Counted from the stretch's first letter, positions 42,101 to 48,689 are shown. The stretch: DNA of 64,000 nt from Botryllus schlosseri (GCA_051294905.1 CM119371.1:31558001-31622000), one strand, 5' to 3'. Program-made: numbers and translations. The notes: generated from the sequence alone by a model not told the origin.

Positions 42101-45100
42101 GTTCGAACTGCCACCGATTTTCGGATGTATGCAGCAGCTTGAACAGCTTTTATCGATTATTTCCCATACTCGCTCAATTTTCATCAAGTCCTTCACAAGA
42201 AGGTTTGATTGATGCGCCAAACAAGCTCCAGTCAATGTGATACCTGAATCTTTATTCTCTTTTAAAAGGTTTCTTGCCTTGACATAGACACTTGCGCTGT
42301 CAGACAAAGTGCATTTGCTTACTCGACGAATCAGACATCTCGTTCAGGGATTTCGCCATTCTCATCACATCAACAGCTATATCCTCGCTTTTCTTAGTTG
42401 GGCATGTTTTCTCTACGGCGAGCACTTCCTTTCCGCCATTTTCATTTATGATTATCCAACACGAATAATTTTGACAAGACGGACTTGTCCAACTGTCTGA
42501 AACCATCGTCAGATGTTCCGCCCTGTTGACGAACGATTGGATAGATGCATTGGTTTTTGTATGCAATATCGGTAATACCGACAAAGAAGCCTTGCTTCTT
42601 CTGAGTATTTTAAATTCTGGCTGTATCGAGAGACAGAATTTTTGGAAATGTTCATTTTCCAAAAAATTACACGGAACATTCTCTACCACTTATCAGTGCA
42701 AGAACTAAGTGCTCGTAAGCAGAATTAGTAGCTGCCTGATTAAAAGCACCCCTGTAAAACTGATGCAATACTGTTTGACTACTGCTGCTGCTCCCGACAC
42801 TCGAGCTGCGTTCACTTTCATCGTCCTTTTCCAATTGCACTGGACGAGCGAATTTGCACTTGCTGCTAATAGAGGTCCTGTTACACTCCCGAGTATGCTT
42901 GATCATCCGCGATATTTGTCCTTCAACTTCCTTGGCACAATAATTACACTTAGCCTTCTTTCGTACCTGTACACTCGAAGAGCTTGTACAAACTTCTTGA
43001 TATAAACTCCAGAGACTATGCTTTCTCCGTCCGGTCCGCATAACATGTACTGATTGCAGCGAAACAATATCCAGTATATTCACACTACAGAGAAACACAG
43101 CCAGACCTGTTCATTTGTGTTCGTTAAATGTTGGCCGTCGGCCGATTGTCAAGACTCAAAAGCGTGACAATATCGCTTTTAATTTTACTATTATGAAACA
43201 ATGGAAGTCGGCGACGATCATGGTTACACCCACCGAAGTATTTCTTCGGCCTATATCTATCGGTCTACCTCGTCATGCAGAATTTTTATGGACTAGGGCC
43301 ATCATCATCAAAAGATCCAATCGGTTCAAGTGATATATACTATATAGCCTGTATGTTATAGGCCTAATTGCTGACGCGGTGACGATGTCGAGGGTTCCAT
43401 TCCTACCATATTGTATGCGTCGACGATTTCGTGTGCAAATCGTCTGAGGGTTCATGCTATATGATTTTCGAAAATATCAAGACAGGTTACGACATAATTA
43501 TAAAACTTTTGAAAAAAAAAACACAATTTTGTTTTTTTCTAAATGGCATTTGTTTAAAACAATGTTTAAAACATGTTTTAAACTGAGTGTTTTAAACAAC
43601 CGTTTGTTTTAAATGCAACCCTATATACGACACGGGATTGTTGGAACCGTCAAAATATTCGGTTCAACAGCTATAGTACGCAGAAATTTCGCCAAGGGAG
43701 CTATATTTACCCTGTATTGTCAATAGTCAATGTCGATCCAATATGACGTCGCAACTGAATATAAGTGACGTCATGTCCTAAAATAATACGATAAAAAACA
43801 TGCTTTTTACAAGTGTCTTGTTTTAAACATGTTTGTCTTAAATTGATTTTTCTTTTAAATGCAACCCTAGCTGCATGTAGTGCAAGTACGAAATTTATGG
43901 CGTTTTTCTACAATGCATCGTTGAAAACATACTTCCAACCATGAATTTATTCCAAAGTTTGTGGCTAATTTGAGGACACGAACAATACCTTAACGTCACG
44001 AACGTACGTGATGTCTTATAAAAATGCGTAGAACGAATACCACCACGAACAACAAATGAACACAAGCGAGTAGGGCCTGACCATCGCTCGCAAGAATCGA
44101 GTCATGCAATTGAATAATGGAATCTATAGCTTCCATTCTCTTCATCGTGTTTTCAAAGTCCCCCGGATATAACATACATTCCTCTAATTCAGGGGTCGGC
44201 AACCTTTTGCTAGTCGCGGGCCAAATTTCGGGTGTACAACCTTTCGGCGGGCCGGATTTTTTCTTAGTACTATATTTTACGCTCACTTCGGTATATTATC
44301 CTATATTGCTGCAATCTCAATCATACCAATCCGAAGACACATGTATTTACACTTTAACGACACAGAATAATTGTGACAATTGACGCAGCTTGCTTTGTGA
44401 AAGGTTTTCAACTTCTGGTAACAAATCAGATGAAACAAGAATCAGACTCTATTCAAAATGGACGTCCGAAATACGTGATCTTAGCTTGCTCTTCGTGAAT
44501 TTCATTGTTCAAAACTATTGTTGACATGCGTACGTGCTTTCAAAAATCGATGCAATTTTTTTGCATTGCTGGTCAAGCTGGGATAAAGACCAATTTCAAG
44601 AACGTACTCTTTGTCAAAGTCATGCAGCGATATGCTCTTTGTATGAAATTTGTCATTCAACTGCATCGCATTTTAGAAAAGCCCATTTGAAATTTTCAGG
44701 CAATGGTATTGGCGTCCATATTAAACAGAGTACTGAATAGTCAGAATTCATTTTGTAGACAAGGAATGTCGGAAAAGCGGGTGAATATTCAGTAGTTTAA
44801 TTTCGTATCACAGTTACAAATGTAGTGTTGGTACTAGGTTTTCTCTCCTCCAGTATAGGAAAGTGAGCATAATTTTCGTTGTACTGTTGACATTTCCAGA
44901 GTCACAGATTTGTTTTGAATGCGCCTCAACATCTCATGTATGTAGTTGTTTTCCCCCTGAAGTTGCAAGTTCAATTTGTTCAGATGTGACGTTAAATGTA
45001 CCAGGAAAGCAAGATGAGATACCCATTTTCGATTACAAGATTATGAGTCGGCGATATTTGTATTTTCGAGGAAAGTTGCTGTTTCATTTCGCAGATCATA

Positions 45101-48100
45101 CACTCGTGTAAGCATAGCTGCTCGACTCAATGAGCGAACATGACAGATATATGCCTACATGACACCGCCATATTGATTCTCTGCATCTAGTAATATCTGG
45201 CGTAACTGATACAGTTGATGAGATAAAATCATATTAACAGTTTTCACCATTGTGGCCAAAACACTATTCAGGTTTTTTGTCTTGGCACACAATGCCTTCT
45301 GGAAAATCAAACTATAGACAGGCTAACTAACATACGGAGGCTGGTTATCTATAATTGAATAGTTTGAGATTCCGTCATTGCGTCTGAGATGCTCCAAGCG
45401 CCTTTGAAGCTATGGAAGGACACCTTTATTGTCACACCCCGTTAGAGTGATCAGCCCTTTAAAAAGGATGGAACACCTTCGGTTGCGAGATACACCCGAT
45501 TGATAAGAGCACTGATCCAGTCTAGTCTATCTCCATCTCCTACTTCAACCACCTTCGTTTTATGGCGTAACAATAGACTAATACGATGTAGGCTACTATT
45601 ATATCGTAGCAATGCCGCATTTTTTTCATGCAGCGCTGCACTGCAGATTGGAACTCATTATGAAGCGGCGGGCCGTATTCTTGTGATAACTAATTATCAT
45701 GTCGCGGGCCGGACGATTTCGCTTGGCGGGCCGGATCCGGCCCGCGGGCCGTAGGTTGCCGACCCTTGCTCTAATTCTAGGCGTAGTCAAATGAGTTCTA
45801 CAGAAGGGGAACCCCCTTCTGAAAAGAAAATGTATTATAAAAAGAGCCTCATTACAATTGATATACAAATATATTAGCTTATACTTCTTACCCTATATAT
45901 AGATAACGCGTGTCACTCATGCGCCATGGCACTAGTAAACACTCAATCGTACTTACCATCACAGAGCTCGTCCTGTTGTGCACGCAGTTGCGATGGCAAT
46001 ATGCAGAGCCTAGGAGTAAATGAATCCTTCCCTCTACGACAAATAGTCGTATAATCACTATAGTTGCTATTGACAGTCCAATAAGGCTCGTCTGATCCAT
46101 CCCTGTGGTTAAAAGCATTTTCTCGATTGGTGTGGGCACGTCGTGTGATTTCATTCAGACAACACTGGTCAACACATATTTTTAGGCAGACAATTTAAGA
46201 GTGGTTTTGGGGGTTCTGAAGGGCACTGATTCCGAATATGGCCATAGTTTTTTTTTCAAATTAACTATTGTTGTGAAGATAACCCATGGGGATATCATAT
46301 ACATAAATACACTCCAGTCATGTAGGCTACATAAGTATTTACCTAGATACTCAAATAACGTGGCATTAATTCAATCAGTTTCATGTCAACCACCTATTGT
46401 AAATTTGAAATAATCAGTTGGAATATAATATTAGTGATTTATTTTAAATCACAATTTTTTTTGTAAGATTTTAGCCGGTAAGCTATTCAGTACAGTTTCT
46501 TGAAAGGCTCCAGCAACCATCTGACATAATATGTTCAATTGTTCATCTCATCTGTCCTGATTTCTTTCTTTTGTTGTTCTGATGTCCTGGTGGAACCTCT
46601 CCCCTTGCTAATCAACAAGATGATCGGGAAATATATCAAGATGTTATAACAGGAAGTGAACTTTTATGCTCATGTTTGTGCTCAAGTGCTCGATATGCAG
46701 ATACAAATTTTCGGACCAACAGTTTGTGGTTGGGTCCTTTATGATCATCTAACAAGTTTTTTTTTTGTTAGATCTTAGGACAAATTACATGCAGTGATCT
46801 CCTTCCTAATGTGAAATTGGAATCTTTCATTGGTATTCGAATATACCAGATATCAGGTTTATGCTTGTCGTTTGATAGGGTTACAAGGTATACCCACTTC
46901 GTTGACCCAGCGGAAAATTATCCATTTATCAGTCAAAAGAAAGAAGACGCATATGAGTATTGTAGTTAAGCCTTCCAAGGACAAATTTTATAGTTTCATA
47001 CTCCTCTTTAATCTTAGTAGAATGACCAATCGATACAGGAGAATATGTGTTTCCGTTGTGAAAAACTACAATTTTTAGGCTTGACAACCTGCTTTTTTGA
47101 CAAACAAATATTTCGCAAAACGTCATGTTAAAATTGATAGAATGACTGAGAATGACATGAGGTTTCTTCATAGTCAATTAGTTATTTATGCGCAGTATAA
47201 AATTAGAAAAAACTACGATTTTCTTCCAATCAAGTGAAATATTCAAGGGTAAATACAGTAATTTAGGGCTTTATTAGGCGTATAAATATCTTCTGACAAA
47301 GAGTCAATCCGACAAAACTGATGTGATATTCGTAATCAGCAACCTCAAAAACACCAGAAACGGCTCTCAGATGTTCTGCCTAAAAAAAAATCATATTGTT
47401 GACCAGTGATAATGAAGATGGTTGTCATTTTGTTTTGTCCTTACAGAAAAGGCCCAGAAAATAACCCATATTGAAGGATGAATGAAAAAGTAAATGACTA
47501 ATATAAAGAAAAAGTACATAAAAAATTCAGACGAAAGATTAAGACAAAAAATTAGGGAAAAACAATATTTCGTGGGCCGAGATGAATGTTGGATTGCAAT
47601 ACCGCAGTTAATCGTTTTGCATTTCTATTCATAGTTTCTTGCGTATCACGTTGTACATTTTAGTCTTACAAATAAAAGAACTGCCATTTTATGTATCTAA
47701 GGATGCCATCGATCTTTGTTGTGATCAACCAATCTAATGCCCGAACTCCTGCAGCTAGACTTTTGTGTATAAATAGGTATCGGCATCAATATCATTCACC
47801 GTGATGAGATCGTGACAGGGTTGTAACCAAGTCACAGGGTTCCGAGTCACAAGTCAATCTCAGTTATATAGTTTTGACTCGAGTCAAGTCGAGTCATTTT
47901 TACTTCGCCACCGAGTCAAGTCCGAGTCCAAGTCATCGAGCAGAGGTTCGAGTCCAGGTCATGGTATTATGACTCGAGTCCGAGTCCAAGTCATTGTGTT
48001 GACTACTCAGTTTCCAGTTAAATTTTTGTTAAATCCACTTTTTATAACTCTGTTTGGTGATATCGAATGGTTCGAATTTATAATACACTAATTTTCCTCA

Positions 48101-48689
48101 CTTTTAGCAGTTTTCGGTCGCATTTTCAAGTACCAGTACCATTAGACGAAATCCCAATAGTGTGGTTACTTTACTTACTTTTATTTCTCTTCGAAATTAC
48201 AATGAAATGTCGGTCTTGGCCGTCTGAGTCTCGAGTCATATGACTTGGTTCGAGTCATGCGCAATGACTCGAGTCCAAGTCGAGTCAATACACAGATTGA
48301 CTCGAGTCGAGTCATTTCGGTATTTTGAGAAAATGACTCGAGTCAAGTCGAGTCATCAGAAAATCGAGTCATGACTCGAGTCATTACAACCCTGGATCGC
48401 GAACCTCAAAACTACAGGAACAGGTACATGCGGACTGCTGTGTAGTTGAATTCACATTGTAGCATCGTGTTACAGGCTGCACTATACAAAGCCATGGTGT
48501 AATTAAATATACGTAACCATATCGTGTTAACACGATTCGGAGGCACTTTCCATGTGAATATTGCTATCCGAATGCACACCGCAAGCTGTAACGCATACCT
48601 GCAATCAGTTATTCCATCGCAAAATTTCTGCGTCGGTATACACATTGTCTGGTCCGTGCATGCAAATTGGTTGCCTGGACACGTCAAAC
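3085..48689 (-). CDS. Multi-exon gene (30 exons traced, ~1,120 aa, incomplete at both ends): LDLa-repeat-rich secreted or cell-surface protein, probably the ectodomain of a GRL101-like LDLa receptor
   Basis: Thirty exons with GT/AG boundaries join in compatible phases with no stop codon (3,362 nt). They encode 11 LDLa/DGSDE units plus C-terminal LDLa-like modules. No start codon, signal peptide, TM segment or stop codon was securely found in the window. Confidence 0.9.
4107..4214 (-). CDS. LDLa-like exon (108 bp)
   Basis: caaag|..|gtgaat; CKHVESGERYILPVDVLCDGTITCEDQADERGCGA. Confidence 0.88.
6124..6643 (+). mobile_element. 5'-truncated retroposon fragment with (AAT)n tail
   Basis: Flanked by a 10-bp TSD taattgcgaa (6114-6123 and 6644-6653). 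Confidence 0.68.
6760..7161 (-). mobile_element. tRNA-derived SINE
   Basis: Box A TGGCGCAGTGTG and box B GGTTCGAGCC on the minus strand; 14-bp TSD atcccgtctggaat; related fragment at ~8680-8820. Confidence 0.8.
8102..8249 (-). CDS. LDLa-like exon (148 bp)
   Basis: tttag|..|gtgagt; ATACDGIPECNDFMDEECRCDTLPEFCGFIYQYDYDWRGTSVDGIIST. Confidence 0.85.
8318..8386 (-). CDS. 69-bp exon
   Basis: tttag|..|gtgagt; PSGSPFRGHKKLDYKCGDPDGK. Confidence 0.8.
10674..10720 (-). CDS. 47-bp exon completing an LDLa acidic motif
   Basis: ctcag|..|gtatgt; LDCPDGEDEAYCTGK. Confidence 0.88.
11128..12177. mobile_element. hAT (Buster-type) MITE hosting the 11541-11978 MITE
   Basis: CAATGGTTCTCAAC..GTTGAGAACCACTG; TSD tgctagag/cactagag (6/8). 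Confidence 0.75.
11541..11978. mobile_element. hAT MITE (TAGGGCTGGGCAAA family), nested
   Basis: TIR TAGGGCTGGGCAAA; perfect TSD attacgac. Confidence 0.92.
12516..12618 (-). CDS. LDLa-like exon (103 bp)
   Basis: ctcag|..|gtgggc; TSSTGNSNLPSIRCASLGNGTRLLVNARSVCDS. Confidence 0.82.
12682..12840 (-). CDS. LDLa-like exon (159 bp)
   Basis: ccaag|..|gtaagt; LTDKTCFQCLTEPSLVLPISKLCDGVFDCHDLTDECLCSSVARPKLCENVIW. Confidence 0.88.
12902..12937 (-). CDS. 36-bp micro-exon (phase 1-1)
   Basis: tgcag|..|gtgagg; IDECLCPGDGK, completing CNGVSLCDQAIDECLC. Confidence 0.82.
13157..13284 (-). CDS. Exon B11 (128 bp), transition into the C-terminal LDLa-like region
   Basis: tttag|..|gtgagt; DGSDELSRPERTDFTGRICHRKERQCMISKPDICNGVSLCDQ. 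Confidence 0.9.
13590..14185 (+). mobile_element. hAT MITE (CAGGGTTGTAA family, GACTCGAGTC-rich)
   Basis: TIR CAGGGTTGTAA; perfect TSD ggtatgga. Confidence 0.92.
15177..15267 (-). CDS. Exon A11 (91 bp), LDLa half
   Basis: tacag|..|gtacgt; RSCKANEFSCANGRKCIPGNQYCNGIRDC. Confidence 0.92.
15548..15944 (+). mobile_element. TAGGGTTG-family hAT MITE
   Basis: TAGGGTTG..CACCCTA ends; TSD ataccaaa/agaccaac (6/8); aaaacatgtttt-type subterminal repeats. Confidence 0.82.
15962..16110 (-). CDS. Exon B10 (149 bp)
   Basis: tctag|..|gtgagg; DETDEPWKKWRRIDVNEILCRRKTPDYDYRYRICELPANLVPYMEELCD. Confidence 0.9.
16185..17515 (+). mobile_element. Non-autonomous hAT element (1,331 bp)
   Basis: CAGACCTGGGCAA..TTACCCACCCCTG; TSD ctcttaaa/ctcttaac; gcggccc subterminal motifs. 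Confidence 0.8.
17649..17900 (+). mobile_element. TTAA-flanked GGGGCACTG-ended repeat (Kolobok-like?); inverted copy at ~1400-1660
   Basis: ttaa|ggggcactgc start; reverse complement matches 1520-1660; only one end seen in each copy. Confidence 0.45.
17987..18538. mobile_element. hAT MITE (TAGGGC family)
   Basis: TAGGGCAAGTTTT..AAAACTTGGCCCTA; perfect TSD gtgatgat. Confidence 0.88.
18679..18769 (-). CDS. Exon A10 (91 bp), LDLa half
   Basis: tttag|..|gtacga; SACLWYEFSCDAGSRCVRKDDYCDGGHDC. Confidence 0.92.
19902..20708. mobile_element. hAT (Buster-type) MITE
   Basis: CAGTGGTTCTC..GAGAACCACTG; TSD gtcgaaat/gtataaat (6/8). Confidence 0.75.
20770..20912 (-). CDS. Exon B9 (143 bp)
   Basis: tacag|..|gtaatg; DRSDERYFNGNVEYSANVSFCRKVNWRDSRVCVLAEGTPVNLYESCE. 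Confidence 0.9.
21056..21146 (-). CDS. Exon A9 (91 bp), LDLa half
   Basis: tccag|..|gtacgt; STCQHDEFPCIDGTACLPNRYFCDSDPDC. Confidence 0.92.
21980..22137 (-). CDS. Exon B8 (158 bp)
   Basis: tatag|..|gtatgg; DGSDEPSERNSSESYGLDVTFCRSHERPRFSLYTVVCVLPPNHVPYADKICA. Confidence 0.9.
22464..24399. mobile_element. Internally deleted hAT (Buster/Charlie-type) element (1,936 bp)
   Basis: TIR CAGTGCTTTTCAACCT; perfect TSD gtctacat; faint transposase remnant (DEKPTCL) on the minus strand near 23900-24050. Confidence 0.88.
24801..25522. mobile_element. hAT MITE (722 bp), 31 bp from the exon A8 donor
   Basis: CAGGGCCGGCCAACCT..AGGTTGGCCAGCCCTG; perfect TSD atctacac. Confidence 0.9.
25554..25644 (-). CDS. 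Exon A8 (91 bp), LDLa half
   Basis: tctag|..|gtgcgt; SSCSTSEFPCDDGTQCVSGHVYCNRQAEC. Confidence 0.92.
25763..26183 (+). mobile_element. TAGGGTTG-family hAT MITE
   Basis: Colinear with the other copies; right TIR AAATGCAACCCTA; TSD poorly preserved. Confidence 0.8.
27642..27781 (-). CDS. Exon B7 (140 bp; follows a 70-nt intron)
   Basis: ttaag|..|gtgaga; DGSDEPPLKKSNISYDHDTMFCRGRSGPFICVLPPRLVSQHELICT. Confidence 0.9.
27852..27942 (-). CDS. Exon A7 (91 bp), LDLa half
   Basis: caaag|..|gtaagt; ASCKDDEFPCFDGAKCIPVSSFCDGTPDC. Confidence 0.92.
28230..28752. mobile_element. GACTTGACT-rich MITE remnant (CAGTGTTGGGATC-type end); related fragments at ~4830-4910, 14500-14610, 26420-26560 and 27500
   Basis: Ends GATCCCAACACCG; many gacttgact/gagtc motifs; no clear TSD. 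Confidence 0.55.
29466..29617 (-). CDS. Exon B6 (152 bp)
   Basis: tgaag|..|gtgaga; DGSDEPPLRNYSVSYSRYDNFCRGKDRSKNGRFICLLPSRLSSQSGQLCA. Confidence 0.9.
29845..30095. mobile_element. hAT (Buster-type) MITE
   Basis: CAGTGGTTCTCAAA..TTTGAGAACCACTG; TSD tgttagaa/tgttataa. Confidence 0.85.
30688..30778 (-). CDS. Exon A6 (91 bp), LDLa half
   Basis: tacag|..|gtatgc; SSCTSDEFSCSDGSRCIHNSLFCNGDRDC. Confidence 0.92.
30962..31154. mobile_element. hAT MITE (193 bp)
   Basis: TIR CAATGTTCCCTCTAA; perfect TSD atcacaag. Confidence 0.9.
31264..31424 (-). CDS. Exon B5 (161 bp)
   Basis: tatag|..|gtagca; DGSDEPPLRNSSKDFAPNVTFCRQRAHRYDDLRVRSICELPPHLSTLQEDICE. Confidence 0.9.
31821..32500 (+). mobile_element. 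tRNA-derived SINE (second family) interrupted by a MITE
   Basis: TAGCGTAATGG box A, GGTTCGATCG box B; resumes after 32391 and ends aataaa followed by a cctt-rich tail. Confidence 0.68.
32063..32391. mobile_element. hAT MITE (TAGGGTTACCATA family) inserted into a SINE
   Basis: TAGGATTACCATA..TATGGTAACCCTA; TSD tggtatgc/tgctatgc. Confidence 0.85.
32944..33034 (-). CDS. Exon A5 (91 bp), LDLa half
   Basis: tccag|..|gtatgt; PICTKTEFSCDDGSTCIRQENFCNGKNDC. Confidence 0.92.
33351..33666. mobile_element. hAT (Buster-type) MITE, degenerate right end
   Basis: CAGTGGTTCTCAACC left end; flanks tactagaa/tactagag. Confidence 0.6.
34241..34386 (-). CDS. Exon B4 (146 bp; weak acceptor, possible alternative donor at 34211)
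   Basis: gtaag|..|gtgagc; DGSDELYRNNSIVTGDSFTTCRGKGQYRDTTGRICMVTSAAAEILLCE. Confidence 0.85.
34710..34800 (-). CDS. Exon A4 (91 bp), LDLa half
   Basis: catag|..|gtgcgt; STCNLWEFSCMDGSQCLPNDMFCDGIVQC. Confidence 0.92.
35140..35392 (+). mobile_element. tRNA-derived SINE with (AAAC)n tail
   Basis: TAGCGCAGTGG box A, GGCTCGAGTCC box B; TSD aactcRctgactag. Confidence 0.82.
35747..35919 (-). CDS. Exon B3 (173 bp)
   Basis: ttcag|..|gtgagc; DKSDEPPLRYNNITYDPSIRFCTGRGYATYIPEVEMLIKWICVLEPSLQPYENELCS. Confidence 0.9.
36062..36493 (+). mobile_element. TAGGGTTG-family hAT MITE
   Basis: Colinear with the other copies; TSD acgctatg/actctctg (6/8). Confidence 0.82.
36998..37088 (-). CDS. Exon A3 (91 bp), LDLa half
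   Basis: cgcag|..|gtagaa; KQCSKYSFACLDGSGCVRNEEFCDGKADC. Confidence 0.9.
37442..37860. mobile_element. hAT MITE (TAGGGTTACCATA family)
   Basis: Similar to the 32063 copy (gtcct repeats); TSD acaggtat/gcaggtgt (6/8). Confidence 0.75.
38669..38799 (-). CDS. Exon B2 (131 bp)
   Basis: tttag|..|gtatga; DGSDEVYRDRGSSNYSDVIICRKETRFCEVTTQFLRDKKAFCE. Confidence 0.9.
38983..39100 (+). mobile_element. SINE head, same family as 35140
   Basis: gagatagcgtatagtggcataa..gggttgcgggttcgagtccg. Confidence 0.7.
40361..40451 (-). CDS. Exon A2 (91 bp), LDLa half
   Basis: tccag|..|gtgagt; SACRYHEFPCADGSQCVPKSFFCDGIKNC. Confidence 0.92.
40720..43623 (-). mobile_element. hAT DNA transposon (2,904 bp) with decayed full-length transposase, nested in a MITE of its own family
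   Basis: TIRs TAGGGTTG...GCAACCCTA; perfect 8-bp TSD tatacgac (40712-40719 and 43624-43631); ends match the TAGGGTTG MITE family in reverse orientation. Confidence 0.92.
40933..43041 (-). pseudogene. hAT transposase pseudogene (BED finger, DDE core, C-terminal dimerisation domain)
   Basis: BED-like W..AKCNYC..HTREC; LTMVSDSWT; CLAHQSNLL; TESRWYS; SPHAASCERLWS..SRNRLS. Frameshifts near 42690, 42300 and 42150, and an in-frame TAG at ~41822. Confidence 0.9.
44190..45768 (-). mobile_element. Internally deleted hAT (Buster-type) element (1,579 bp)
   Basis: CAGGGGTCGGCAACCT..AGGTTGCCGACCCTTG; perfect TSD ctctaatt; remnant VRSLSRAAMLTRVYDLRNETATFLE resembles Buster VRWLSRG..LR.EI..FL. Confidence 0.85.
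45957..46102 (-). CDS. Exon B1 (146 bp, phase 2-1), DGSDE + 3-Cys module
   Basis: cacag|..G|gtaagt; DGSDEPYWTVNSNYSDYTTICRRGKDSFTPRLCILPSQLRAQQDELCD. Confidence 0.92.
46196..47370 (-). mobile_element. Second, older Chapaev3-like transposase remnant
   Basis: SLKIVVFHNGNTYSPVSIGHS (46929-47177) and MSIKVHFL..HLDIFP..QGERFHQDI (~46500-46700); inverted subterminal motif g(c/g)ctgatt(c/a)cgaatat near 46220 and 47330. Boundaries approximate. Confidence 0.6.
47816..48394 (+). mobile_element. hAT MITE (CAGGGTTGTAA family), same orientation as the 13590 copy
   Basis: TIR CAGGGTTGTAA; TSD gatcgtga/gatcgcga (7/8); highly similar to 13590-14185. Confidence 0.92.
48599..48689 (-). CDS. Exon A1 (91 bp, phase 1-2), LDLa half
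   Basis: tacag|G..AG|gtatgc; LTCPGNQFACTDQTMCIPTQKFCDGITDC. Confidence 0.92.

Larger units (their letters stand above)
40518..43869 (+). mobile_element. TAGGGTTG-family hAT MITE split by the nested parent element (host parts 40518-40719 and 43632-43869)
   Basis: Ends CAGGGTTGCATTT and AAATGCAACCCTA; TSD gttgcatg/gctgcatg (7/8); host halves are colinear with the copies at 15548, 25763 and 36062. Confidence 0.88.

Noticed and set aside
45100-45215. Apparent degenerate LDLa exon (CRESIWRCHVGIYLSC)
   Set aside because: Lies inside the hAT element 44190-45768; another frame reads as a Buster transposase remnant (HVRSLSRAAMLTRVYDLRNE), and donor phase does not fit.
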